This document shows, piece after piece, positions 40,788-50,712 of a stretch of DNA of 64,000 nt. Origin of the DNA: a virus (Duplodnaviria; Caudoviricetes); IMG/VR virus record IMGVR_UViG_3300028888_000049; one strand, 5' to 3'. How positions within the stretch are numbered: the stretch's first letter is position 1; each line of letters starts with the position of its first letter. The position numbers and the translations under genes are program-made. The notes beneath the pieces are model-generated. The model made no database searches and was not told the DNA's origin. It was given only the letters and a program-made list of their open reading frames with translations.

Positions 40788-41549
40788 ATGACTGAAGAAA
40801 TTATCTATTATGGATATGTTTATAAGATAACATGCTTAATTAATAACAGATGTTATGTCGGACAACATAGAAAAAGTACTTTTGATGAAAAATATTGGGG
40901 TAGTTGCAAAAATAAAGAATACCGAAGTGATTTAAAAAAATACGGTAAAGAAAATTTTAAAAGAGAAATACTTTGTTGGTGTATAACTCAAGAAGAGTTA
41001 AATCAAAAAGAAACAGAATATATTATTTCAGAAAATGCTATTGTATCCGCTGGAGGTTATAATTTATGGTTAAATAGACCTCAATCTGAATGGAATTCTA
41101 TAGCAAAAGAAAAACATAATAAAAATTTGAGAATAGCTCAGGCAAAACCAGAATACAAAGAAAAATTATCTAAAGCAAGTAAAGGTAAAAAGCTTTCAGA
41201 AGCAACAAAGAAAAAGATATCTATATCCATTAAAAATTCAGAAAAAAGAAAGAAAACAATAGCATCAGATGAATATCGTAAAAATATGTCTCATTCGGTT
41301 AAAAATTCTGAAAAATTTAATAGATGGTTTAAAGACCCAGAATTAAAAGCTCAAAGATTTAATGATAATTTTAAAGAAAAAATTTCAAAAATAGTATCAG
41401 AAAGTAATAAAGGTAAACATTGGTGGACAAAAGACAATGTAAATAAATTTCAAAAGGAATGTCCTGATGAAGGATGGATATCAGGAAGAAGTAAAACTGT
41501 TAAAGATAAAATATCAAAAAGCCATAGCAAAAAGGAGAATAATAAATGA
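40788..41549 (+). CDS. GIY-YIG (Seg-like) homing endonuclease
   Basis: YGYVYKIT..NNRCYVGQH...YWGS...KKYGKENFKREIL...GYNL; NUMOD3-like repeats. Confidence 0.85.
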   Translation: MTEEIIYYGYVYKITCLINNRCYVGQHRKSTFDEKYWGSCKNKEYRSDLKKYGKENFKREILCWCITQEELNQKETEYIISENAIVSAGGYNLWLNRPQSEWNSIAKEKHNKNLRIAQAKPEYKEKLSKASKGKKLSEATKKKISISIKNSEKRKKTIASDEYRKNMSHSVKNSEKFNRWFKDPELKAQRFNDNFKEKISKIVSESNKGKHWWTKDNVNKFQKECPDEGWISGRSKTVKDKISKSHSKKENNK

Positions 41550-41992
41550 CCTATGTAAGAAGAACAAAATCAACAACAAGTAAAAAACTTTCGATTAATC
41601 AAAAGATTAAAGCGAATATAAATGTTACTCAAGAAGAATTAAAATCAGAACATGAACTTCAAAAGGTATGTGTAGCTAAACTAAGAGCTCACAATATGAT
41701 CGTAAGTTGTACAGACACATATAATGCAATATCACTTATGAGAGATATTGGAACTAAAGCAATTTACAAAACTCATATGACTCTTATGGGAAGCGCTGTT
41801 GGTTTTCCTGACTTGGTAATTTTCAATAAGGGTAAAGCGACGTTTGTTGAGTTTAAATTCAAAAAAGGTAAAAAATCATTAGAGCAAGAGGAATGGACAA
41901 AGCGCTTGGCAGAAGAGGGATATGAGTGCTTAGAGTGGCGTACTATTGAAGATTGTACTAACTGGATTTTAAATAATACTGATTTAAAATAA
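41546..41992 (+). CDS. VRR-NUC family nuclease
   Basis: SEHELQ...GFPDLVI...FVEFK..KGKKSLEQ. Confidence 0.85.
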   Translation: MTYVRRTKSTTSKKLSINQKIKANINVTQEELKSEHELQKVCVAKLRAHNMIVSCTDTYNAISLMRDIGTKAIYKTHMTLMGSAVGFPDLVIFNKGKATFVEFKFKKGKKSLEQEEWTKRLAEEGYECLEWRTIEDCTNWILNNTDLK

Positions 41993-42009
41993 TCTTTAGG
42001 ATGGTATAG

Positions 42010-42930
42010 ATGGTATTAGGTTCGAAAAAATCAATTCGAATTAATATTATTCCCCTTTATAGGATTAATATAGATGATCCTTTATATTTGTTTCAAGATA
42101 AGATAAATACAGGTTATACCTTAGATTTAAGTTGGTTAGATCAAGCTTTAAAAAGTCTTAGTTTTAAATATAACATTGTTCAAATTGATCTTACTGGTGG
42201 TGAAATATCGCTTTTATCTGATTTTTATTTTGAATTGTTATATATTCTATGTAAATCATATAGTAAAAAAGTAAATGTTTGGACTAATTTGTTAAATATC
42301 AAAAAATCAATGTTTAATCATTGTGAAAGTTTTAATGTTAAATTAAATTTTAATGAATATTTTAATAAACAAACTTTATATAACTGTAAAATAGCTTCAG
42401 AAACTGATAAGATCATAAATGTTAAATCTTTTGATATATCCTGTACAAATAATATAGGTTATATTATAAAAGCTCTTAATGACGCAAAAATTAAGTCCTG
42501 GGAAGTAATTCCATTTTTTAAGTCAAACTATAATAAAATTGATTTTCGTGAGTATACGAGCTCTGAAAGCACAATAAAGGCTATTTTAAAATATTCGGAA
42601 GAAATGAAGTTCGCTTTTCAAAATAAATTACAATTAGATGGAATTTTACCAATCGATAACTATAATATTCAAACAGCTTATATATTACCTGAGAATAAAT
42701 TCGGTTTTTATGACTTTAAAGATAATATTTGCTATATAAAAACAGTAGATAATTCATTGGATTATATAAATAAATTAGAAGAATTAGAAAAAAAGCGTGA
42801 TATTTTTTGTAAAAAATGTACTTCTAAGATAATGTGTTTAGCAAATTACCATGTAAATACAAACTATAATGGTAATTCGTGTAGTGGTTTAAAGCAGTTA
42901 ATTAGAGATTATAGAGAGTTAAAGAAATGA
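42010..42930 (+). CDS. Degenerate radical-SAM-like protein lacking CxxxCxxC, with C-terminal Cys cluster
   Basis: IDLTGGEISLL, VWTNL, C-terminal CKKC...C...C; the expected cluster motif is replaced by PLYRINIDDPLY. Confidence 0.55.
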   Translation: MVLGSKKSIRINIIPLYRINIDDPLYLFQDKINTGYTLDLSWLDQALKSLSFKYNIVQIDLTGGEISLLSDFYFELLYILCKSYSKKVNVWTNLLNIKKSMFNHCESFNVKLNFNEYFNKQTLYNCKIASETDKIINVKSFDISCTNNIGYIIKALNDAKIKSWEVIPFFKSNYNKIDFREYTSSESTIKAILKYSEEMKFAFQNKLQLDGILPIDNYNIQTAYILPENKFGFYDFKDNICYIKTVDNSLDYINKLEELEKKRDIFCKKCTSKIMCLANYHVNTNYNGNSCSGLKQLIRDYRELKK

Positions 42931-43490
42931 ATTTGATGCCTTTTGTTTTATCTGATGAAGAATTTAATATCAAAAATAAAAATATTGTTAATAAAATTGA
43001 AAAAGTTAAAAAAGCATTAAAGACTTCTAAAATTAAGATTAAAAAAGTTAATAAGAAGATTGGTGATATTTTTTATTGTGATAATTATTTACCTTTTATT
43101 AAACCAGATCGTGATGTTTTGAAGAAATCTACTGATGTTTGTAATATCAGAGTTAATTGGAAAGGCACTAATTTTGCTGGTATGACAACTGATGAAATTT
43201 GTAATAAGTTAAAAGTACAATATGGATGGAATGTAACTTTAGTAGATAAAGAACATACTCGTAATAAATTTAAGAATAAAAATGTTTGTTGGGTAGTATT
43301 TGATACTGAAGAACAAGCTAAAGAAGCACTTCATATTTTTAATTCTATGTTTATGACAGCGATAGAATTAGATTGTATTGAAGAATATAAAAGATTTAAA
43401 TTAAATCCCGAAAAAAGACCACTTACATTTGATAAACTTGTAGATAATGCTTATGAATTGTATGAAATGGTAGATAAAGGAGAAATATAA
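42927..43490 (+). CDS. Hypothetical protein
   Basis: 187 aa with ATGA overlap. Confidence 0.6.
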   Translation: MNLMPFVLSDEEFNIKNKNIVNKIEKVKKALKTSKIKIKKVNKKIGDIFYCDNYLPFIKPDRDVLKKSTDVCNIRVNWKGTNFAGMTTDEICNKLKVQYGWNVTLVDKEHTRNKFKNKNVCWVVFDTEEQAKEALHIFNSMFMTAIELDCIEEYKRFKLNPEKRPLTFDKLVDNAYELYEMVDKGEI

Positions 43491-43771
43491 TGGTTAAAGT
43501 AAAGCAAAAAGTAGAGATTTTAGTAGATAAATGTGATATTTGTGCAAAAACTATTGATCCTAATGTAGATTATAAGATGTCATTTGTAGAAAAAATCATA
43601 GATTATCTAGTAAATACATATGATGATGAAACTTTTGAAGATTTATCTGAAGTTTATATTTGTTCAGATTGTTCAAAAAAGATAGATAAAAAGTTTGCAA
43701 AAGACTTACATGATTTTATTAAAAATTTTATTAACAAACAAGTGGAGATAACACATGACCAACAATATTAA
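43490..43771 (+). CDS. Hypothetical Zn-finger protein
   Basis: CDIC...CSDC. Confidence 0.6.
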   Translation: MVKVKQKVEILVDKCDICAKTIDPNVDYKMSFVEKIIDYLVNTYDDETFEDLSEVYICSDCSKKIDKKFAKDLHDFIKNFINKQVEITHDQQY

Positions 43772-44024
43772 TACAATTAATCAATATAATGAATCTACTT
43801 CACCTTTAAAAATTTTAGTTATTGGTGAAAAGAACAGTGGTAAAACATTACTTTGTAATATTATTAAAGACACTTTAGAAAACAATTATACTTTTCGTAG
43901 TGTGTTTAATAATCGTAATGTTGCTATTGATGAAGTTTCTGTAGATTCTGAAGGACAACCGATTCCGCCGGAACCACAACCTGAAGAAAATAAAGAGGAA
44001 GAAAAACCTACTGAAACAAAATAA
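43755..44024 (+). CDS. Small protein with P-loop-like motif
   Basis: ILVIGEKNSGKT; only 89 aa. Confidence 0.5.
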   Translation: MTNNINTINQYNESTSPLKILVIGEKNSGKTLLCNIIKDTLENNYTFRSVFNNRNVAIDEVSVDSEGQPIPPEPQPEENKEEEKPTETK

Positions 44025-44109
44025 TATTAACTATTTGGAAAATTTTTTTATTTATTAGACTTAATTTTTATATTCTATAAGATAAGATTATTTTTTCAAA
44101 GAGATTAAT

Positions 44110-45975
44110 ATGAATAAATTTAATATTACTAAAGTTTCTATTCAGAATTTTAGAAGTATTCAAGAAGAAATAATCCTGGACATAAAACCAGGATTATTTT
44201 GTATTGAAGGAATAAATTTAGATGAACCTAATGCAAAAAACGGATCTGGAAAATCAACATTAATTTCTGCTATTTACTGGGCTATTACTGGTAATACTCT
44301 TACTAATGAAGCTTTATCAGATGAAGTTATTAACAGTAAAGTTGGTAAAAATTGTAGAGTTACGCTTTATATTGATTCAGATCAAGGCGAGATTAAAATA
44401 ACTCGTACTCGTAAAGATAGTACTGATGGTAATAATCTGTTTTTAAGTATTAACGATAAAGATCTTTCATGTCATAAAATTACTGAAACACAAGATAGAA
44501 TAAATGATTTAATAAAAATTCCATTTGATTTACTACAAAGTACAATTATTCTTACACAAGATATTAAAGCAGCTTTTTCTAAACTTACACCTCAACAACG
44601 TATTCAAACATTAGAAAGTATACGTGATTATTCTATTTGGGATAGAGTAAGAGATGAAGCTAATAAAGATATAAAAGTATATAATAAAGAAATTACAGAT
44701 AAAAAATTAGAAGAAAGTGGTATTCAAGGTAGTATTAATACATATACTTCAATGATAACATCTGAAGAACAACGAAAAAGTACATTTGTAAGTAATTTTA
44801 ATGCTACCACAATTACAGAGTTATTAAACAATACTGAAATAAATAAACAAAAAGAAATAGAACAATTAGCTATTTTAGATAAACAGTTAACAGAGTTAAG
44901 AACAAAAACTTTTATAGATACAACAGATCTTCAAAAACAATTAAATACTATAAAAGATGAAGCTAATAATTTAAAATCTGAAAATCAAAAATTAGAATAT
45001 GATATTCAAAGTTTAAATAGAGAAATAAAATTAATAAATGATTGGTTTGTTAAAGATAAATGTCCTACATGTGGTAAACCTTTAGATAGGACAGAAGAAG
45101 AAAAACAACAAAAACAAGCAAAATTAAATGAATATCAAAATATAATTGATAACTATAGAAAAGAAATAGCTAAAAAAGAAGATATAATTACTAAAAAAAG
45201 ACAACAATGGAGTCAGTTATATCAATCTTTTCAAACTGCAGATAAAGAAAAATCAGAAGTTTTTAAACAAATAAATGATTTACAATATTCTTATAATGCG
45301 GTTAAAGCTAATATAGAATCTTGTGATAAAAATATTTTAAATTATAAAAACAAATTAGATACTTATACTAATCAAATAGAACAATTTGATAAAAATTTAG
45401 AAAACTATAAAAATGAAATAGTTAATTTAAATTCTAAAATTGAAGTTATACAAAAAGATATTAGTACTATTGAATATAAAAAGAAATTATCAGATTATTA
45501 CTATAAGTTATTAAGTGCTAAAGGTGAATTAAGACCATATCTATTGAATAAAGATATACAGTATTTAAATCATTGTATGCAAAAATATATTCATTTATTT
45601 TTTAATAATACTGAAGTTTCTTTAACACTTGATGGAGCCGCTATAAATATTACAGTAAATAGTAATGGTATTAAGAAATCTATATCAGGCTTATCTGGTG
45701 GTGAAAAGAAACGTGTAGATTTAGCCATTCAGTTAGGTTTATATGATCTTATTCAATCTACATCACAGATTGGATTTAATTTAATGTGTTTAGATGAAAT
45801 AGAAAGTCAACTTGATGAAATAGGTATAGATCAAATTATTAATATTATTGAAGATAAATCTGAAGAAGTAGAATCTGTATTATGGATTAGTAATAATTCT
45901 ACTGTTATTGGTAGTATTCCTAAAAAAATTAAATGTATAAAAGCTTTAGGTAAAACAACTGTGGAGGAAGATTAA
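44110..45975 (+). CDS. sbcC: SbcC/Rad50-like recombination ATPase (T4 gp46-like)
   Basis: IQNFRS, NGSGKST, CPTCG Zn hook, LSGGEKKR signature, LDE Walker B. Confidence 0.95.
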   Translation: MNKFNITKVSIQNFRSIQEEIILDIKPGLFCIEGINLDEPNAKNGSGKSTLISAIYWAITGNTLTNEALSDEVINSKVGKNCRVTLYIDSDQGEIKITRTRKDSTDGNNLFLSINDKDLSCHKITETQDRINDLIKIPFDLLQSTIILTQDIKAAFSKLTPQQRIQTLESIRDYSIWDRVRDEANKDIKVYNKEITDKKLEESGIQGSINTYTSMITSEEQRKSTFVSNFNATTITELLNNTEINKQKEIEQLAILDKQLTELRTKTFIDTTDLQKQLNTIKDEANNLKSENQKLEYDIQSLNREIKLINDWFVKDKCPTCGKPLDRTEEEKQQKQAKLNEYQNIIDNYRKEIAKKEDIITKKRQQWSQLYQSFQTADKEKSEVFKQINDLQYSYNAVKANIESCDKNILNYKNKLDTYTNQIEQFDKNLENYKNEIVNLNSKIEVIQKDISTIEYKKKLSDYYYKLLSAKGELRPYLLNKDIQYLNHCMQKYIHLFFNNTEVSLTLDGAAINITVNSNGIKKSISGLSGGEKKRVDLAIQLGLYDLIQSTSQIGFNLMCLDEIESQLDEIGIDQIINIIEDKSEEVESVLWISNNSTVIGSIPKKIKCIKALGKTTVEED

Positions 45976-47009
45976 TGAAAATATTAGCTTTTGGAGATAT
46001 ACATTTTCATCATCAGCATAGATTTTCACAAATTACGCCAGATGGTTTTACTGTTAGAGAATTAGAACATTTGTCTTGTGCAGATACAATTTTAAGAGTA
46101 GCTAAAGAAGAAAATATCGATGAGATTGTATTTCTTGGTGATCTATATCAGCCAGTTGGTGATACAATTTCTTGTCAAACACAATTAGCAGTATGTACAT
46201 TTATTGATAAAATTAGAAAAGAATATAAATTACATATGTTAGTTGGTAATCACGATTGGAGTTCGAGTACAAATAACCAATATGCTCATAAATTAATACC
46301 TTACAAATATTGGGATAATGTAATAGTTTACGATACACCACAAATAGTTAATGATTTTGTATTTATGCCTTTTATACCTGATGATGAAGAAGCACAGATG
46401 TTTTTAGCTAAAATTAAAGATAAAGAGAATAAAATCGTATTTTCTCATCTAGAATTAAAAGGAGTAGATGTCGGAGGTGGTATTTTAACTAAAAAAGGTA
46501 TAGAAATTATTACATTAAAACAATTTAAGATGACTTTACAAGGACATTATCATTCTGGTGGTAATTATGGAAAAAATATACAAATAGCTGGAAGTACTCA
46601 AAGATTATCATTTAAAGATCCTGGATTAGCTAGAAATAATATACTTATTTATGATACTGAAACAAATAAAGTTAAAAGAAGATCATTTGAATGTCCTGAT
46701 TGGTTAATTTTTGATGACTCTAATATAAATGATATATTAAAAGCTAATGATAATAATTATGTAAAAGTAGATATTTCTATGGATATTCTATTAACTGATG
46801 AAATAAAAGCAAAATTAGAAAAGTTTAAAAAAACTGATATTCATATTGATGTTAATAGAATTAAAGTAAATAGACAAGTTACAGAAGAGATCAAAACTGA
46901 AAATGAAGAAGATATTATTATTCAATTTGTTAATAAATCAGAAAACTCAGAAGAGCAAAAAATAGATTTAATTGACTATGGAAAAAAATTATTATTAAGA
47001 GGTAAATAG
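45975..47009 (+). CDS. sbcD: SbcD/Mre11-like nuclease (T4 gp47-like)
   Basis: GDIH, LGDL, GNHD, SH, GHYH motifs; adjacent to sbcC. Confidence 0.93.
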   Translation: MKILAFGDIHFHHQHRFSQITPDGFTVRELEHLSCADTILRVAKEENIDEIVFLGDLYQPVGDTISCQTQLAVCTFIDKIRKEYKLHMLVGNHDWSSSTNNQYAHKLIPYKYWDNVIVYDTPQIVNDFVFMPFIPDDEEAQMFLAKIKDKENKIVFSHLELKGVDVGGGILTKKGIEIITLKQFKMTLQGHYHSGGNYGKNIQIAGSTQRLSFKDPGLARNNILIYDTETNKVKRRSFECPDWLIFDDSNINDILKANDNNYVKVDISMDILLTDEIKAKLEKFKKTDIHIDVNRIKVNRQVTEEIKTENEEDIIIQFVNKSENSEEQKIDLIDYGKKLLLRGK

Positions 47010-47097
47010 TTGTTTTTATTTGAAAAAATACAGTTCTATATACTGTTTGGAAAAATAATTTCAAAAACTCCAAAAATAAAATACTTCTATTTTATAT

Positions 47098-47129
47098 GAC
47101 AGGTTCGATAACTGTCTAAACATATCGAA
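47098..47129 (+). promoter_or_regulatory. H-type pseudoknot in the SSB leader (gene-32-type translational operator)
   Basis: S1 GACAG/CTGTC and S2 TTCGATA/TATCGAA, ending 35 nt upstream of the ATG. Confidence 0.7.
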
Positions 47130-47164
47130 AACGGTAAAATGAATTAAAATTAGGATAATTAGAT

Positions 47165-48088
47165 ATGACAAAAGAGATTAATATTGAATGGATGAATGAA
47201 GTGTTAAACGAAAGAAATACTGGTGATTTTTCAGGTAATGGTCCTGCTATTGATTGGGTTCAGAATCGTAAAGGATTTAAACGTAATCTTAAGTTTAAAT
47301 TGATTCGTCCTAATTCTAAAGAAAATAAAATTTTTAGCCACATTGTTTATACTCACTGGATTGATAACGATAACGGTGGTCCGAATCATCGTATGGTATG
47401 TCCAGAACAAACTCCTCACTTGAAAAAATTAGGTGTTAAATGCCCTATTTGTGAAGCTAAACGTAAATTGTTAAGTATGGGCTTCAAAGAAGAAGACTTA
47501 TGTAAACAAGGTAAATTTGGTCCTATTCCAGTTTTTGATGCTAATATTACATCTAATGTAAAAGTTGTTGTATTAGATTCTGATGTTAAACATGACTGGG
47601 ATAAAGAACATGTTTCTGTTTTACAGCAAAAAGGAACAGGTTTAACTCGTTGGTTGTTGGAACAATATAAAAACAATGAAACTCCAGATTTCATGGAATG
47701 GGAAAGAAGTAATGTAATTGAATTCTCTCGCGATTCTGATAATGGTCGTTGGGAAAGAAATCTTACATTCGGTGTTTATGAACCTACTCCAGATGTTATT
47801 GATAGACTTAAAGAAGAAAATGAAGCTATCACAATGCCAGATCTTTGGAAAATGCCTTCTGATGAAGATTTTATCCAAATGAAAGGTATTATGGATGATA
47901 TTGTTAATAACTATGTTGCTGCTAGAGATGCTATTAAAAATTCTTCTGCTACAACAGTAGAAGCTAACAATATTTATAATCAACAACCTTCTTATAATAT
48001 GACTCAGCCTACACAGACTTATAATCAAAATAATAATTATAAAGCTCAAGCTGCGTCTTTAGTTACAGATGACGATATACCGTTTTAG
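47165..48088 (+). CDS. Single-stranded DNA-binding protein (T4 gp32-like)
   Basis: HW...C...CPIC Zn site, acidic DDDIPF tail; follows gp46/47. Confidence 0.8.
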   Translation: MTKEINIEWMNEVLNERNTGDFSGNGPAIDWVQNRKGFKRNLKFKLIRPNSKENKIFSHIVYTHWIDNDNGGPNHRMVCPEQTPHLKKLGVKCPICEAKRKLLSMGFKEEDLCKQGKFGPIPVFDANITSNVKVVVLDSDVKHDWDKEHVSVLQQKGTGLTRWLLEQYKNNETPDFMEWERSNVIEFSRDSDNGRWERNLTFGVYEPTPDVIDRLKEENEAITMPDLWKMPSDEDFIQMKGIMDDIVNNYVAARDAIKNSSATTVEANNIYNQQPSYNMTQPTQTYNQNNNYKAQAASLVTDDDIPF

Positions 48089-48178
48089 TATCCTATATCG
48101 TTAATCTGAAAAAGAGGAGTGAGAGAATCTAAACCTTTCATTTAAATTGCAAAACACTAATACTAGGTTCTCTCACTT

Positions 48179-48649
48179 TTGGTGCTTTTAATGAAGAAAA
48201 CTCCTTTAAAATGTAGAAAAACTTACTCCTTAAAAAAGTCTCCCTTGGTAAGTAAAAATAAAACTTTAAATTCTTCTAACTCTACACTTAAAAGAAATTC
48301 AACATTAAAAGCATCTTCCTCACTAAAAAAGACAACTGTATCTTTAGCTAAAGGTGAACTTAAAAAGCAATCTGATAAAACTAAAGAATTATGGATACAG
48401 GCTAGAGAACGTATTATTAAAAGAGATAATGGTAAATGTAGAGTATGTGGTAAACCTGGAACTCAAGTACATCATATACACTTAAGATCAAAAAGAAAAG
48501 ATCTATTATATCATGATAACAATCTTATTCTTTTATGTGATAAACACCATTTTCATAAATCAACAGATAAATATGAAGAACAAACTAAATTAATAGCTGA
48601 TGCCCTTCATATGACTGTAGAAGAGTTACTTAAATTTGCTGAAAATTAA
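48179..48649 (+). CDS. HNH endonuclease
   Basis: RDNGKCRVCG...QVHHI...NLILLCDKHH; start probably ATG 48191. Confidence 0.85.
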   Translation: MVLLMKKTPLKCRKTYSLKKSPLVSKNKTLNSSNSTLKRNSTLKASSSLKKTTVSLAKGELKKQSDKTKELWIQARERIIKRDNGKCRVCGKPGTQVHHIHLRSKRKDLLYHDNNLILLCDKHHFHKSTDKYEEQTKLIADALHMTVEELLKFAEN

Positions 48650-48663
48650 AAAAGGAAATACAC

Positions 48664-49095
48664 ATGACAAAATTTAAAAAATATTTATATAAGTTTTTAG
48701 GTCTTTTTATCAATAAATATAATATGAATAGTGCTTATCCTAAACATGGACCATGGATTATTAAAGGAAATATTTTATTGTATAATGCTGGTAATAAAGC
48801 TTATAAAAAATGGATGATATCATCATATCTCCATACTGATCCAGGTAAACGTCTTCCAGTTTCTTTTAGATGTAATGGTATAGATATTCCGAATATATTC
48901 TTCGATTTTAAATTACAAAAAGTAAGTCGTAAGATGTGTGATAAAAAACTTTTTGCATTAGGATTTGTAGAAACACCAGATGATCAAGAAGTTTATGAAA
49001 AAACATTCGAAGTAATTTGTCATAATGAAGATGAATTACGCAGTTTATATCGTACTGTAACTAACATCGTAAAGGAAATAACATGGCAAATGTAG
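48664..49095 (+). CDS. Hypothetical protein
   Basis: 143 aa with AAGGA RBS. Confidence 0.6.
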   Translation: MTKFKKYLYKFLGLFINKYNMNSAYPKHGPWIIKGNILLYNAGNKAYKKWMISSYLHTDPGKRLPVSFRCNGIDIPNIFFDFKLQKVSRKMCDKKLFALGFVETPDDQEVYEKTFEVICHNEDELRSLYRTVTNIVKEITWQM

Positions 49096-49550
49096 TTTAT
49101 CCAAATAATATTGATAAAGTTGAAAGCTTAGATTTTGAGACAATAAAAGAACAATTACAATATATTTTTAAAGATGATAAAGATATTGTTAATTTTGTAA
49201 ATTTTCTCAAAAATATTAAAAACTTTGTTAATCTTTCTAACGATAAACGACATATGACTTTAATTGATCTGGGATATTTTAAGTCCCAGATTCAATTATT
49301 TGAAAAAAGAATACAGTCAGTTATCGATAAAAAGAAACAAGAACAAACTCGTAATGCTATTAATCAAGCTCGCGGATTTGGTGAAAAATTAACAGATAAT
49401 ATCGTAACAAGTTATATTCAAGATGATGATACTTTAGACGGCTTAGAAGAACTACATCATATTGTTCAAGCTTGGTACGTTTATATGCAAGATCTTTATT
49501 TTCTTTGTGGTCAAACTAATAAAAATCTCGGTAATTTTGGTGGTTATTAA
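49083..49550 (+). CDS. UvsY-like recombination mediator
   Basis: Helical protein with GEKLTDNIVTSYIQDD resembling UvsY; in the recombination cluster. Confidence 0.45.
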   Translation: MANVVYPNNIDKVESLDFETIKEQLQYIFKDDKDIVNFVNFLKNIKNFVNLSNDKRHMTLIDLGYFKSQIQLFEKRIQSVIDKKKQEQTRNAINQARGFGEKLTDNIVTSYIQDDDTLDGLEELHHIVQAWYVYMQDLYFLCGQTNKNLGNFGGY

Positions 49551-49647
49551 AAATATTCTTCCAAATAGTAATCAAATCAACTTTACACAATTTATTATTG
49601 ACTTCAATATAAAAATATACTTTTTTTAAAAGGAGAAGTCTAAAGAA

Positions 49648-50712
49648 ATGACAAAGCAAATAAAAAAAGCAAGACTTAACAAAAGATCAAATAGAAAATT
49701 AGCTTTCAAAAAATTCATTGAGAATGGATGCACAGATATAAATTTGTTTTTAAGTGCTTGCAGAAATGATGAAAATTTACTAATTTATACATGTTTAGAT
49801 GAAAAGCAACTAGAACCATATATTGAAGTTCTTAAAGATCCAGAAAAAACTTTAGAAGAAAAAGCAGATTATCTCAAGCAAAATCAGCCTTTTATGAATG
49901 AAACGGAAGAACTCTTTGAAAAATGCATAAAATCAATGAGCTCTTATTTAAAAGGTTTTATTGATTATAATTCTTTTCTTTCAGCGAATGCCGAGGGCTC
50001 CGCTGAAGATTTCAGTAGCGAATACTGGGCGAAATATTCTAAAGTCTGTAATTTTTATAGAATTAGATGGTTTCATCCTGAGCAGTTATCTAAACCTAGT
50101 ACTGTACAATATACACCAGTACAGTATAAGGAGTTTATTTATTTGTTGAGAGCTTCTATTTCTGGTGATAGAAGACATAGAGCATTTTTAGCAACACAAG
50201 ATGAGGGCATGTCTATTTTTAGATTATCGTTAGATAGTAAAGTAGATTGTGGAAATGATAATGATAAATCTTTAATAGATGTTATTAGTGATGAAGATAA
50301 TTCTGGTGATATGATGTTGGAAGCATCTTATTTACAAAATATTACTAAAAGAGCGTTAGAATTATCTTTACAATACAATGATTCTGCAAAATATCATGAT
50401 CAAATTGCTAAATTTTATGAAAAGCAAGATCCTATTGGATTTGATAAAAAAACAGTTTTATTAGGTAAAATCTTTTTATATAAAGCTGGTTTAATATCTG
50501 GTAAAATTTTGTTATTTATTAAGTCATTATCTTCTACATATAAAACACGTTATAATATAAGTCAAAGTAGATTAAATGCACAAATTAGTAATTGGAAAAA
50601 TAAACCATTTGTTAAACCTTATGAAAATAAATATAAACAAACTAATCTCAGTTATAAAGATTTAATTTTTCATAAACGTGGTGAATTAAAAGGAGATAGA
50701 ACTAATGACTAG
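49648..50712 (+). CDS. Divergent sigma-factor-like protein
   Basis: RLSLDSKV....DKSLIDVISDE matches the sigma70 region 3.2 pattern, preceded by region-2-like helices. Confidence 0.5.
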   Translation: MTKQIKKARLNKRSNRKLAFKKFIENGCTDINLFLSACRNDENLLIYTCLDEKQLEPYIEVLKDPEKTLEEKADYLKQNQPFMNETEELFEKCIKSMSSYLKGFIDYNSFLSANAEGSAEDFSSEYWAKYSKVCNFYRIRWFHPEQLSKPSTVQYTPVQYKEFIYLLRASISGDRRHRAFLATQDEGMSIFRLSLDSKVDCGNDNDKSLIDVISDEDNSGDMMLEASYLQNITKRALELSLQYNDSAKYHDQIAKFYEKQDPIGFDKKTVLLGKIFLYKAGLISGKILLFIKSLSSTYKTRYNISQSRLNAQISNWKNKPFVKPYENKYKQTNLSYKDLIFHKRGELKGDRTND

